DNA of 37,363 bases from Bacteroidota bacterium (GTDB lineage: Bacteria; Bacteroidota; Bacteroidia; Flavobacteriales_D; Crocinitomicaceae): the NCBI GenBank assembly GCA_041172545.1, contig JBEDJV010000001.1:1-37363 (forward strand), written 5' to 3'. Numbering within the stretch: position 1 is the first letter of the stretch; every line of letters starts with the position of its first letter. The notes below the pieces were generated by a model that searched no databases, was not told the DNA's origin, and worked only from the letters and a program-made list of their open reading frames with translations. Shown piece after piece: positions 27,868-36,800 of the stretch. The position numbers were made by a program, and so were the translations under genes.

Positions 27868-28608
27868 ATGCGTTTATATCTTTCCAAATCCGAATTTATC
27901 GAAACGAGTGAAGCAATTGATTTATCAATGTCACTTCAAGCCTCAACAGAAAACGTCAGAGCATGGTATGTTGATCCACCTCGAATGGAGACTGTTCGTG
28001 CAAATGGATTCATTGGAAGCATCAAAGAAGGTGGAAGCGTGAATTTTCGCGATGTATTTTTCAATCCACACGGACACGGGACACATACGGAATGTTGTGG
28101 ACACATTACCCAGGAAGTATACGCAGTAAATGATGTGTTAAAGGAGTTTTTCTATCGCGCAACATTGGTAACGGTAGATCCAGTTCAATTGGAAAATGGT
28201 GATTTAGTCGTTCAAGCGGCTCAAATCGCACCTTTTTTAAACAAGGACTTCAGTGAAGCCTTGCTCATTCGAACCTTGCCGAATGGACTGGATAAAAAAT
28301 CAATGAATTATTCTGGAACCAATCCGTGTTATTTGGACATAGAAATAGTGGATTTATTGAACGATTTTGGGGTCAAACACTTATTGGTTGACCAACCATC
28401 TGTAGACCGCGAAGAAGATGGCGGTGCCTTGGCCTTTCATCACGCATTTTGGAATGTACCAGAAAAACCAAATTTTGAACGCACCATTACTGAATTAATT
28501 TATGTTCCGAATGACGTGGCGGATGGAAACTATATTCTTGAAATTCAACTTGCCGCATTTCACAACGATGCGAGTCCGAGTAGACCAGTTCTCTACAAAA
28601 TACAATAA
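27868..28608 (+). CDS. Cyclase-family (kynurenine-formamidase-fold) metal-dependent hydrolase
   Basis: 246 aa. NPHGHGTHTECCGH resembles the HxGTHxDxPxH motif of the putative-cyclase/arylformamidase family, with a later DQPSVD. No signal peptide. Confidence 0.6.
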   Translation: MRLYLSKSEFIETSEAIDLSMSLQASTENVRAWYVDPPRMETVRANGFIGSIKEGGSVNFRDVFFNPHGHGTHTECCGHITQEVYAVNDVLKEFFYRATLVTVDPVQLENGDLVVQAAQIAPFLNKDFSEALLIRTLPNGLDKKSMNYSGTNPCYLDIEIVDLLNDFGVKHLLVDQPSVDREEDGGALAFHHAFWNVPEKPNFERTITELIYVPNDVADGNYILEIQLAAFHNDASPSRPVLYKIQ

Positions 28609-28611
28609 AAA

Positions 28612-28629
28612 AAGGGCTTTTCAGCCCTT
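28612..28629. terminator. Hairpin just after the cyclase-family gene
   Basis: aagggc-ttttca-gccctt. The A-run is on the left side only, so it looks like a better intrinsic terminator for a minus-strand transcript than for the plus-strand gene it follows. Confidence 0.5.
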
Positions 28630-28960
28630 CCTAGTAGTAGACATTAAAGTCTGAGTGGTACGATTTAGTAATAAGGACAGGCTCTTTTTATATATATTCC
28701 CTAGGGACGTCAACAAAAACTATTAAACTCTTATCAAACTAGAAAATGAAACTGCCTCTCCAAGCAGCCTGTCAACTTCTACATATAAAAAGAATCCTGT
28801 TTCTCTCCTTATTTCATTATAAATGTAAGAACTAAGTTTGGGGTTATTTTCATCAAATGAATATCCTTAAGCGTCAAATGAACATTGTGCCCCTTTTTGT
28901 GAATATTTCAATTTAGGATGTAGAGAAATCGACAATTCTCGCCACTTAGGCACAAAAAAA

Positions 28961-28981
28961 AGGCACATTTAACCTGTGCCT
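28961..28981 (-). terminator. Rho-independent terminator after the YHYH/T9SS gene, T-rich on both sides
   Basis: aggcaca-tttaacc-tgtgcct with A8 on the left (28954-28961) and ttctttccatttt on the right. Confidence 0.75.
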
Positions 28982-29007
28982 TTCTTTCCATTTTGTTAGT
29001 GGTTCAT

Positions 29008-30369
29008 TTATTGAATCACCAATTTTTTCGAGCCATTTTGTCCATGCACTTTCACATGATATATTCCTTTATACAAGGTATCTGCATGGAAATAAGCGAT
29101 GGTGCTTCCTTGAACAATCTGTTGAGATTGGATGAGTTTCCCAAGTGCGTCGAACAATTCAACGGTATATGATTGATTTGCCAAATTATTCACTTGAACC
29201 ATGATGATGTCGTTGCTTGGATTCGGGTAAACAGACCATTCATTTTCGGTTAATTCAGTGATACCTGCTGATGAGGTGTATGTGGTGACTGTTTCCGTGA
29301 TCGTTGTAACTTTGGATGCTGTTTTCACTCCGTAAAACGTTGGGCCTACAGCATAGGGATAAGCAGAATTCCATTCGCTATCTACTGTCGCAAAATAGCA
29401 ATAGATTCCATTCGGATACTCGGGAGTGACGCAAACGCGTCCATTATGACTATCTAAATAATCTGCTTGTCCATTATGACTCACAAATTCATAATCTTCG
29501 CGGAAGTAACCTAACGGATAGGTTGTACTTACCACCGGACCGTCTGGAACATCTGTTCCATCCGCCCAAACCGTTCGCGTGGTGATGTTGCGCAACTGGT
29601 ACCCTGATTTGATGCGCGTAATTCCACCAGTTCCATCGGCATTTTTATATCCATATGCCCCGTAAATGGGAAATCCGTCGTAGGCATATCCAATTAACGG
29701 TGAGTGAACATTAGAATCAATGACGTAAAGTCCATCGGCATCGTACAAATCACACACATTTGAAATGACAGTAAGATCTAATTTAAACGCGCTTGGATTT
29801 TGGTGATGGTGGTAGTTTCCCATGGCCGGATGTCCTTTGGAACAATCAAACCCTGCTTTTTCTGCAGGAATGGCGTCTCGATTCCAAGACATGGCAGCTC
29901 CGGGTCCGCCTGGACATGGAGACATGCCGGGTAATCCACCGCATAAGGTGTTCGTATTCGAATTCCACGCAACGCCGTCTCGGTAATCAAATAAGGCCAC
30001 TCCGTTGATGAAAATCCCAATGTTCCCGCCTGATGTTGCTGTTGCCGTTCCGGTGTTTTGTACTGGATTCAATGGCATTTTGAAAATCGCATTTTGACTT
30101 GTTGCTAAAGATGGATTGCCATCCATAAATGGACCAGTGATATAAGACGGAATGCCTTTTGTTGAGACGTAAACCCAATTGTTCGAATACTGAACCGTTT
30201 GAACGTTGGCTAACGTGGTTTCGTTGATTGGTGTGGAATTTCCTTGCACGTAATGTCTTCCAGTTATTCCAGTTGAATTGATTAACCAATGTTCAATGGC
30301 AGGATTTAACTGTGTCATCGCTTGATTTCCCACGCAAAGGAAAAGGATAAAGTGGACTATTTTTTTCAT
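29008..30369 (-). CDS. YHYH-domain protein with type-A T9SS C-terminal sorting domain
   Basis: Signal peptide; GHPAMGNYHHHQNP (a variant of the YHYH motif) and GYAYDGFPIYG; C-terminal VYPNPSNDIIMVQV...GIYHVKVHGQNGSKKLVIQ. 453 aa. Confidence 0.7.
   Translation of the reverse strand: MKKIVHFILFLCVGNQAMTQLNPAIEHWLINSTGITGRHYVQGNSTPINETTLANVQTVQYSNNWVYVSTKGIPSYITGPFMDGNPSLATSQNAIFKMPLNPVQNTGTATATSGGNIGIFINGVALFDYRDGVAWNSNTNTLCGGLPGMSPCPGGPGAAMSWNRDAIPAEKAGFDCSKGHPAMGNYHHHQNPSAFKLDLTVISNVCDLYDADGLYVIDSNVHSPLIGYAYDGFPIYGAYGYKNADGTGGITRIKSGYQLRNITTRTVWADGTDVPDGPVVSTTYPLGYFREDYEFVSHNGQADYLDSHNGRVCVTPEYPNGIYCYFATVDSEWNSAYPYAVGPTFYGVKTASKVTTITETVTTYTSSAGITELTENEWSVYPNPSNDIIMVQVNNLANQSYTVELFDALGKLIQSQQIVQGSTIAYFHADTLYKGIYHVKVHGQNGSKKLVIQ
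29011..29238 (-). other. Type-A T9SS C-terminal sorting domain of the YHYH protein
   Basis: The last 76 aa follow the canonical PNPxxD...G.Y.V.V pattern. Confidence 0.75.
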
Positions 30370-30392
30370 GGATCTTTTTTTAAAGTTAGACG

Positions 30393-31436
30393 TTATTTCT
30401 TTTCAAAACTTGCATTTCGCTCATTTTTAGGATATTTGAAAAGTGGATTAAATAAAAATGTAGGATCACTTAAGGTTTTTAAGAATGCAATGAGGTCTTT
30501 TTGTTCATGATCCGAAAAAGGGCGCTTTAGCTTATCCAACTCATTGCTTTTCAGGTTCGTTGTTGCATGTAATTGACTGTAATGCACTAGGACTTCCTTC
30601 AGTTGCTTAAAGCGTCCATCATGCATATATGGAAAACTAAATTCAATGTTTCGAAGGGTAGGAATTTTGAACAACATAGAATCTTCGTTTCGGTTGGTGA
30701 TGCCCATTCGTCCATAATCCGCTAACTTGGGATTCACCGGAAGTCCATTTGACTTGAATTCATGACGTGTGAAAAGCGGTTCTTGGTGACAGGAAGCACA
30801 GTATTTTTTAAATAAGGCATAGCCTGCTTTTTCCTGTTCATTAAAAACGGCTTGATGGTTTTTCACTTGATCGTATTTCGATTGTGCGGAAACAAGTCCG
30901 ATGGTGAAATTTGCAAGTGCTTTTAACAGGAGATCTGTTGTGATGATGTCATCCCCGAATGCTTGGTAAAAGCGTTTACGGTAATAAGAGGAAGCGTTCA
31001 AACGTTTCAAGATTTCCTGCAGCGAATTATCCATTTCCTTCGCATGGGTGAGCGGATTGATGGCTTGTTTGTTTAATTGTCCAACACCACCATCCCAATG
31101 AAAGGATCGCTGCCAAGCTAAATTGATGAGAACCGGTGAGTTCCTGGTGCCAATCTTCCCATCAATCCCATGACTTAACGCGTGATCAATGTGCGTAAAA
31201 CCTGAATACTGCAAATGACAACTCGCGCATGAAATGGTGCTGTCTCGTGAAAGGTCGGGATCATAAAACAAAGTACGACCTAATTCAAATTTAGTTAGGC
31301 TAATCGGATTCGCCTCAAAATCATATACGGGTTTAGGCCAATTTTTTGGAAGGTAAAATGGGTGTCCGTTTTTCGTTACACTGAACATAAGTGTGATGAA
31401 TAGCAGTAATCCAAATATGCGCAGTATGGACCTCAT
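30393..31436 (-). CDS. Di-haem cytochrome c peroxidase / MauG-family enzyme (MbnH-like)
   Basis: Two CxxCH sites (CASCHLQ and CASCHQE) and PSLRN-like TLRNIEFSFPYMHDGRF. The ATG at 31436 forms an ATGA with the upstream stop. The track start at 31469 is a TTG extension. Confidence 0.85.
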   Translation of the reverse strand: MRSILRIFGLLLFITLMFSVTKNGHPFYLPKNWPKPVYDFEANPISLTKFELGRTLFYDPDLSRDSTISCASCHLQYSGFTHIDHALSHGIDGKIGTRNSPVLINLAWQRSFHWDGGVGQLNKQAINPLTHAKEMDNSLQEILKRLNASSYYRKRFYQAFGDDIITTDLLLKALANFTIGLVSAQSKYDQVKNHQAVFNEQEKAGYALFKKYCASCHQEPLFTRHEFKSNGLPVNPKLADYGRMGITNRNEDSMLFKIPTLRNIEFSFPYMHDGRFKQLKEVLVHYSQLHATTNLKSNELDKLKRPFSDHEQKDLIAFLKTLSDPTFLFNPLFKYPKNERNASFEKK

Positions 31437-32083
31437 TTGGTATAGAAATAACGTGCGATAAATTGACAATAGCTTTTCGCGAGCGGACTAGGAATCATAA
31501 TGCGTTGGACATTCTCCAAATTTGATGCCTGTTCAAAGAATGGTTTGAGGTCTAAAACGAGTGTGTCTCCTTTCATTTCAATGTTCATTGGAACCATGGT
31601 GTCATTTGGTTTTCGGTATCCGCCTAAGTGGAATTCGAAGGTTTGATCCTCTAAAGGAATGCGTGTGGATTTTCCGGTGCACTTGAATTGTATGTAACCG
31701 GAATTCCATGCCCAGTACATTCCTTTAAGTGGATCCAAGTCACCTTCAACGGATTCAGAAACGTGATAAGAACTATCCATGCCAAATTGAAAGGACATCG
31801 TTTCGTATTCCTTGATGGGGAAATCAGTAAATAACGTTAAGGATTGTTCGTTGGCCAAATCGATGAGGTGGGTTCCAAGTATATGATGTTGTCGGATTTG
31901 CTTTTGAAAGTGAAAATCGGACACATACATTTTCAATTCATCGAAGCGAATGGTATCTGTCCCTAGTTTGTACGCTTTTTCGAGTTGAAGGGCATCAGAA
32001 TCCCACTGAAATTGCACATGTAATTGTCCACGAGCATGTAGGGCAAGAAAAAGAATGAGAAAAGTAAATTTCGCTCGTTTCAT
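31433..32083 (-). CDS. Putative MbnP-family periplasmic (copper-binding) protein
   Basis: 216 aa with a signal peptide. The call rests mainly on context: a small secreted beta-rich protein translationally coupled immediately upstream of a MauG/CCP-type di-haem enzyme, as in MbnP-MbnH pairs. It has a W-rich core, GMYWAWNSGYIQFK. Not verified by search. Confidence 0.45.
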   Translation of the reverse strand: MKRAKFTFLILFLALHARGQLHVQFQWDSDALQLEKAYKLGTDTIRFDELKMYVSDFHFQKQIRQHHILGTHLIDLANEQSLTLFTDFPIKEYETMSFQFGMDSSYHVSESVEGDLDPLKGMYWAWNSGYIQFKCTGKSTRIPLEDQTFEFHLGGYRKPNDTMVPMNIEMKGDTLVLDLKPFFEQASNLENVQRIMIPSPLAKSYCQFIARYFYTK

Positions 32084-32520
32084 GGTCTTGGACCCCGACC
32101 CGGTCGGTCGCTTTGTTCAATCATGCGGTGGACCACTTCTGCTAGTTTCTTTGCTTGTTGCGCATTGCAATGAGCTTTTACTCGGGTAAAGTGCTCGAAA
32201 GTACAGGCATCAATTTTGGTTTGTAGCGCACCAATTTTTTGATAAAGCGCTTTGTTTTGAACCGCAGCATTTTTATCCAATTTGATTTGTGCGCGAAGTG
32301 CTTTTTGCTCCTCCAATAAGTCTCCTTTTTCAGCGAAATGTTGTTTAAACTCTGCGTCAACCCATTCAGCATCCTTTCCCTTCATTTTCAAAACGACACT
32401 TAACTTAGGTGGGTGGGGTGGATGTCCAGTATTTCTGCCTTTCATGAACTGCACCAAAATAATGGCATTCATGACAATTAGAATACCTAATAGAACATAC
32501 AAAAGTCGGTTAGTTTTCAT
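32080..32520 (-). CDS. Spy/CpxP-like periplasmic stress / heavy-metal sensor protein, N-terminally anchored
   Basis: 146 aa. TM anchor followed by helical LxxxQ-type repeats (LLEEQKALRAQI, TFEHFTRVKAHCNAQQAKKL). Sits in the usual third position after sigma and anti-sigma. ATGA overlap with the next gene. Confidence 0.55.
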   Translation of the reverse strand: MKTNRLLYVLLGILIVMNAIILVQFMKGRNTGHPPHPPKLSVVLKMKGKDAEWVDAEFKQHFAEKGDLLEEQKALRAQIKLDKNAAVQNKALYQKIGALQTKIDACTFEHFTRVKAHCNAQQAKKLAEVVHRMIEQSDRPGRGPRP

Positions 32521-32526
32521 CGTTCG

Positions 32527-32769
32527 TTATATGGAAAGATTAGAGCCAAAATTAGCATATTGTGTTTCAAGTAGTTGTTCCTCCGTTAATTTTTCTTGTC
32601 GAACACTTAAATAGCTGAGGTTAACCACTACGCATACGATCGTTGCAACAGCGAAGATGGTAGTTCGACGAGTCGCCTTTTTTGCTAATATCGGTGCTTG
32701 CATGAGTTTTTCATGTAAGGTACTTGAAACCTCTAGTTTTTGCTGGTGAAATGGATGTTCGTTCATCAT
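32527..32769 (-). CDS. Small single-pass membrane protein, probable anti-sigma factor
   Basis: 80 aa with one TM helix (TIFAVATIVCVVVNLSYL), located directly downstream of the ECF sigma gene. Confidence 0.5.
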   Translation of the reverse strand: MMNEHPFHQQKLEVSSTLHEKLMQAPILAKKATRRTTIFAVATIVCVVVNLSYLSVRQEKLTEEQLLETQYANFGSNLSI

Positions 32770-32805
32770 ATTGTTTTAGATGTTATCAGGTTGTAAATCT
32801 TGCAG

Positions 32806-33375
32806 TTAAATCCAATTATTTTTTACGGATGCTTCTAATTGTCGTTTTAATTGCTGTTTTGCACGGAAAATAAGTGATTCGATGGCGGATAATGAAAGGT
32901 CCATACTTTCACTGATTTCTTTGTAGCTAAATTCTTCCATGTGATGTAAGGTATAGGCAATGCGTTGATTTTCTGGTAGGTTTTGGACAGCTTTCAAAAA
33001 TGCTTTTGTTCGTTCTTTCTCCATCAATACTTGTGCTGGATTTTTTTCTAGGTCTAACGTATGATCTATAAAATCCGTATCGATTCGTTGGTGTATGCCG
33101 AATCTTTTTTTTCGCTTGGCTTTTCGAATGTATTCCAAGCATTTGTTCAAGGTGATGCGATGTACCCATGTCGATAATTTCGCGTCCCCTTTGAATTTAT
33201 GGATGGACTGATAAATGGTGATAAAGACGTCTTGGGTGGCATCCTCTGCTTCTTCTTTGTTTTGTAGAATGTACCAGCACATATTTAATACCTTTTTCTC
33301 ATAGGTAAGTACGAGTACTTCAAATGCATGTACATCACCGCGTTGCAACGCTTGAATATCAATTTCTACGGACAC
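32806..33375 (-). CDS. ECF-subfamily RNA polymerase sigma-70 factor
   Basis: Region 2 (EEAEDATQDVFITIY, STWVHRITLNKCLEYIRK) and region 4 (LPENQRIAYTLHHMEEFSYKEISESMDLSLSAIESLIFRAKQQL). The start as tracked is GTG. Confidence 0.9.
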   Translation of the reverse strand: MSVEIDIQALQRGDVHAFEVLVLTYEKKVLNMCWYILQNKEEAEDATQDVFITIYQSIHKFKGDAKLSTWVHRITLNKCLEYIRKAKRKKRFGIHQRIDTDFIDHTLDLEKNPAQVLMEKERTKAFLKAVQNLPENQRIAYTLHHMEEFSYKEISESMDLSLSAIESLIFRAKQQLKRQLEASVKNNWI

Positions 33376-33410
33376 TGCTAATGAGATGTCATTTTACAAG
33401 AAAACTTGTG

Positions 33411-33857
33411 TTAAAAGAAAAGCCTGCCATTCAACCATTCAGGATCGAGGATGGCCTTTTGTTTTTCATAAAATCGAATGGCGGGTTCATTCCAGGTGAG
33501 TACTTGCCAGTCCATGCGCTGTACCTTCCTGTTTTTCGCTGTTTCTAGGACTTCATCAAACAACAATTGACCAATGCCATGTTGTCTTTCGGATTCGATA
33601 ACGTAGAAGTCTTCTAAGTATAAACAGGCACCTTTCCAAGTGGAGTAGGAGGTATAGTAAAGGGCAAATCCAACAACTTTGTTTTCCTTTTCTGCAACAA
33701 TGGCTTCACAGAGTTCTTTTTCGAATAAGTCAATCGCTAATTGCTCCACTGTATTGGTGACTTGTTCCGGTGCTTTTTCGTAGAGCGCAAGCTCTTGAAT
33801 CAGCGCGAAAATGGCTGAAACATCTGTTTGTTTAGCTGGACGAATGAATGCATTCAT
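33411..33857 (-). CDS. GNAT-family N-acetyltransferase (diamine/SSAT-like)
   Basis: 148 aa with IQELALYEKAPEQV and QHGIGQLLF (the acetyl-CoA Q/RxxGxG/A motif). Its ATG overlaps the sprA stop (TAATG). Confidence 0.8.
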   Translation of the reverse strand: MNAFIRPAKQTDVSAIFALIQELALYEKAPEQVTNTVEQLAIDLFEKELCEAIVAEKENKVVGFALYYTSYSTWKGACLYLEDFYVIESERQHGIGQLLFDEVLETAKNRKVQRMDWQVLTWNEPAIRFYEKQKAILDPEWLNGRLFF

Positions 33858-36800
33858 TATTTCAATCCGTTCAAGTCAAAGCGTAGGGTAATTCCTGTTT
33901 TCAAGTTACCTGTTGGATAGCTAATGAAAATTTTCGGGGTATTGAGGAATTGCTCGTAATAGAAAATCGCACTTAAATGTTCTGACAATTTGTAGTTCGC
34001 GTCCAATTTGAAACTTACAGTCGTTTGACCCGCTGTTGCAAGGTTCGTGTTCTCAACGACTTTACGGATAATGGTCGAATTATCTCGGAAAGAGAAATTC
34101 ACATTGATCAATAGATCACTCGGTTTTAAGGTGCGAACCGGTAATTTCAATTTAGGGATATTGATCACCGTTCCTACGACAATTTCTTTCCCAAGAACTT
34201 CGGTTACTTGATTGTTGTTTAAGGAAAGTGTTGTTTGACGGTCTTTCTTGTACTCAAAATTGGTCGTAATGTTTTTACCAAAAATGTTCCATGTTGCTAA
34301 CATTCCAATTAATGGAGAAAAGCGTTCAGAGATTGTAATGTTTTGAACCTGCATTCCCGCGATGTAATTGTTATTGATGTCTAACGCTGTTGCTTGTCCA
34401 TTTGCATCGAGTACCGCATTCAAGTTTGTTTGCATACCATTTACACTCACCGATGATGAGTATCCATGATTCAACTTAAAGGATTTCACGACATCTTTAG
34501 CAAATTCAAATTTGGAAAGTCCGTTGTAGTTGATGGTCCAGTTTGGCAATGGAAGATTCGATAATGGATTAATCGATTTACTCGAGACACTCGTATTGGT
34601 GTAAGCAGCTAAGAAAGCACCCATTACGACTTCTTGTTGTGAACCTGAATAACCACTGTAATATCCATTCGGTAAAAGTGTGGAGTTCGAATTTTGCGCA
34701 CCAAGTAGGCTAGACACTTGCTTGCGATTATCTAACAAGGTTTGGAATACAGAGGAGGAGAAATCTTTCCCTTCTTTGATGAATGCCGATCCCCACGTTA
34801 CCGTTGAATAAGTCAGTGTACTTGTTTCGAATTTACTTTGGCTTTCAAAGGCGCTAGTTGTAGAATTCCAACGGTAGAATTCACCAGAATTCGTGCTGTA
34901 ATTTCTACTTAGATTTAAATTAATATTTAAATCTTTCATCGGTTCTAAAGTTGCTTTCAACTGAAGATTCGCTGTATGCGTTGTGGTAAATTGTTTGTTC
35001 AAGTTTTCATTTTGAACCAACCAATTATTATCGCGAGACAAGGTACTCACATTGTATCCGTTGCTTCGTCCAAGAAGATCATATCCTTGTTTACCAAAGA
35101 CAAATCCGGACATTCCTAAACTACTTCCGTTCATTCCAAGAATGCTTGATTCCTGATTATAGCCCGGTAACATCGTTCCATCTGTTAAGGAGTAGGTACC
35201 AGAAATATTACGCACACTCATTATCAATCGCGCGATGAATCCACCAATTGGATTTACTTTTTCTTTTTCCTTGTCCTTAATTTCTTGAAGGCGAAGTTGT
35301 TTTTTATCGAAACGTTTTTTCTGTCTTTCGTATTGTTTCAATTCTTTAGCGGTCATTTCCTCCAAAGGCTTCTCTGGTTTAAATTCCGGTAATTTTGTTG
35401 GTCCAGGTTTCGGTTTGCCAGCTGCGCCACCTTCACCGGCATTTCCAACTTTGGCATTGACATTGGACTTCATTCCTTTTCCGTCCGAAAGCACACGTTT
35501 GAAATACGGTACTTTGTTGTAGAGTGTCACAAGGTTTCCTTGCAAGGTCATGTTAACCGTGCGATTATTCTGAACCGTATTTCCGAATGGTGCTTGTCCA
35601 AGTGGGGCACGTTGCCAGTTGAAGGTCCCTGCATATTTTGCGTTTGCAGTGATCCAACTTGTAAGTGGGAATTTATCCAATGGAACATTGTAGCTCACGC
35701 TGTAGTTGTGTGTGTAATCCATCGTGCGTCCAAACGTAGTTATTTGTGAACGAATGGTATCCATGAATTCACGGTATCCTTCTGGATTGGTTACACGATC
35801 CACACCATTGTTTCCTTCAACGAAAATGGATTTGTTCGTAGCGCTAAATGTTGTTTTTAAATTTTTCGTTAAGTCGTAGCCAATTTGGTAGTTTCTGTTC
35901 CAATCAAAACGTTTCAAGTAGATAGGATCGAATTCATAAGTAGGAACGATGATGTTTCTAACTTGACGTTCGTTGTAAATTCTTGAATAATCATTGGTGA
36001 ATGTCATGCTTTTCGGTAGAAGGAAAAGGTTGAAATCTTTGATGAATTTTAACCAAGGAGATTTTTGTACTGGTTTCCATTTTTTGAAAGGTTCAATGGC
36101 TTTTCCAGCAAAGGTGTAATTGTAATTTAGTGCACCTGTCCACGTTTTTGTACGGTCTGCTGTGATGTTGAAATCACGTTTTAAGTTTTCTGCAAACGCA
36201 TAGGTTGCGGACCAATTGGAGAGGCTCCAGAATTGTGCTTTCGTTCCGGCTTTCGCTTCTTTACGGACATTTGTAAAGTTAAACGAACGGCGTTCTGTGA
36301 AATCTTGTCCAAGTTTAGAACGTTCTCTTCGCGTCGCAAGATCGTAACTCGATAACTTGATGTCTGGATTGAATGGATCATATTCTGGATTGATGACACC
36401 CAATGAATAGCCATAAAAGAACGGCAAGGAAACACGTGCTTGTTTACCAAAGAATTGTCCGAGTTGAACAGTAGAGTTCATATCGAAACCAATTTTTTGA
36501 TTTCGTTGACGGTCTTGCACACGGCTATCTACACTTCCCCAGTTAATGCCCGAATAGTTTCCAGAAGCAGAAATATTCGCAAAATCAGCTAATTGAAGTT
36601 GCATTTGACCAATTGCGGCATCGCCACCATCACTTACGAAGTCCGTTAAGCGTAATTCATTTACCCAAACATTCACACATTCAGCATCTCCAGCATCTGG
36701 TTGCCAAATATTATCTGGATCTGTTTTCAATGGATTGCGGACACCAATCATGATGGTGCGCATTCCTTGTAAGTTTGGACTACCTTTTACTTTTAATCTT

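Noticed and set aside
27868-28608. Idea that the kynurenine-formamidase-fold protein works with the nearby MbnP/MbnH-like pair, since MbnH makes kynurenine in MbnP
   Set aside because: The protein has no signal peptide, whereas MbnP/MbnH act in the periplasm. It is on the opposite strand and separated by 400 bp and two terminators. The link rests only on a shared word and is not supported by the sequence.
33396-33409. Small palindrome acaag-aaaa-cttgt between the GNAT stop and the ECF sigma start
   Set aside because: The stem is only 5 bp with no U-tract, so it is too weak to call a terminator or operator. It is expected by chance in AT-rich spacers.
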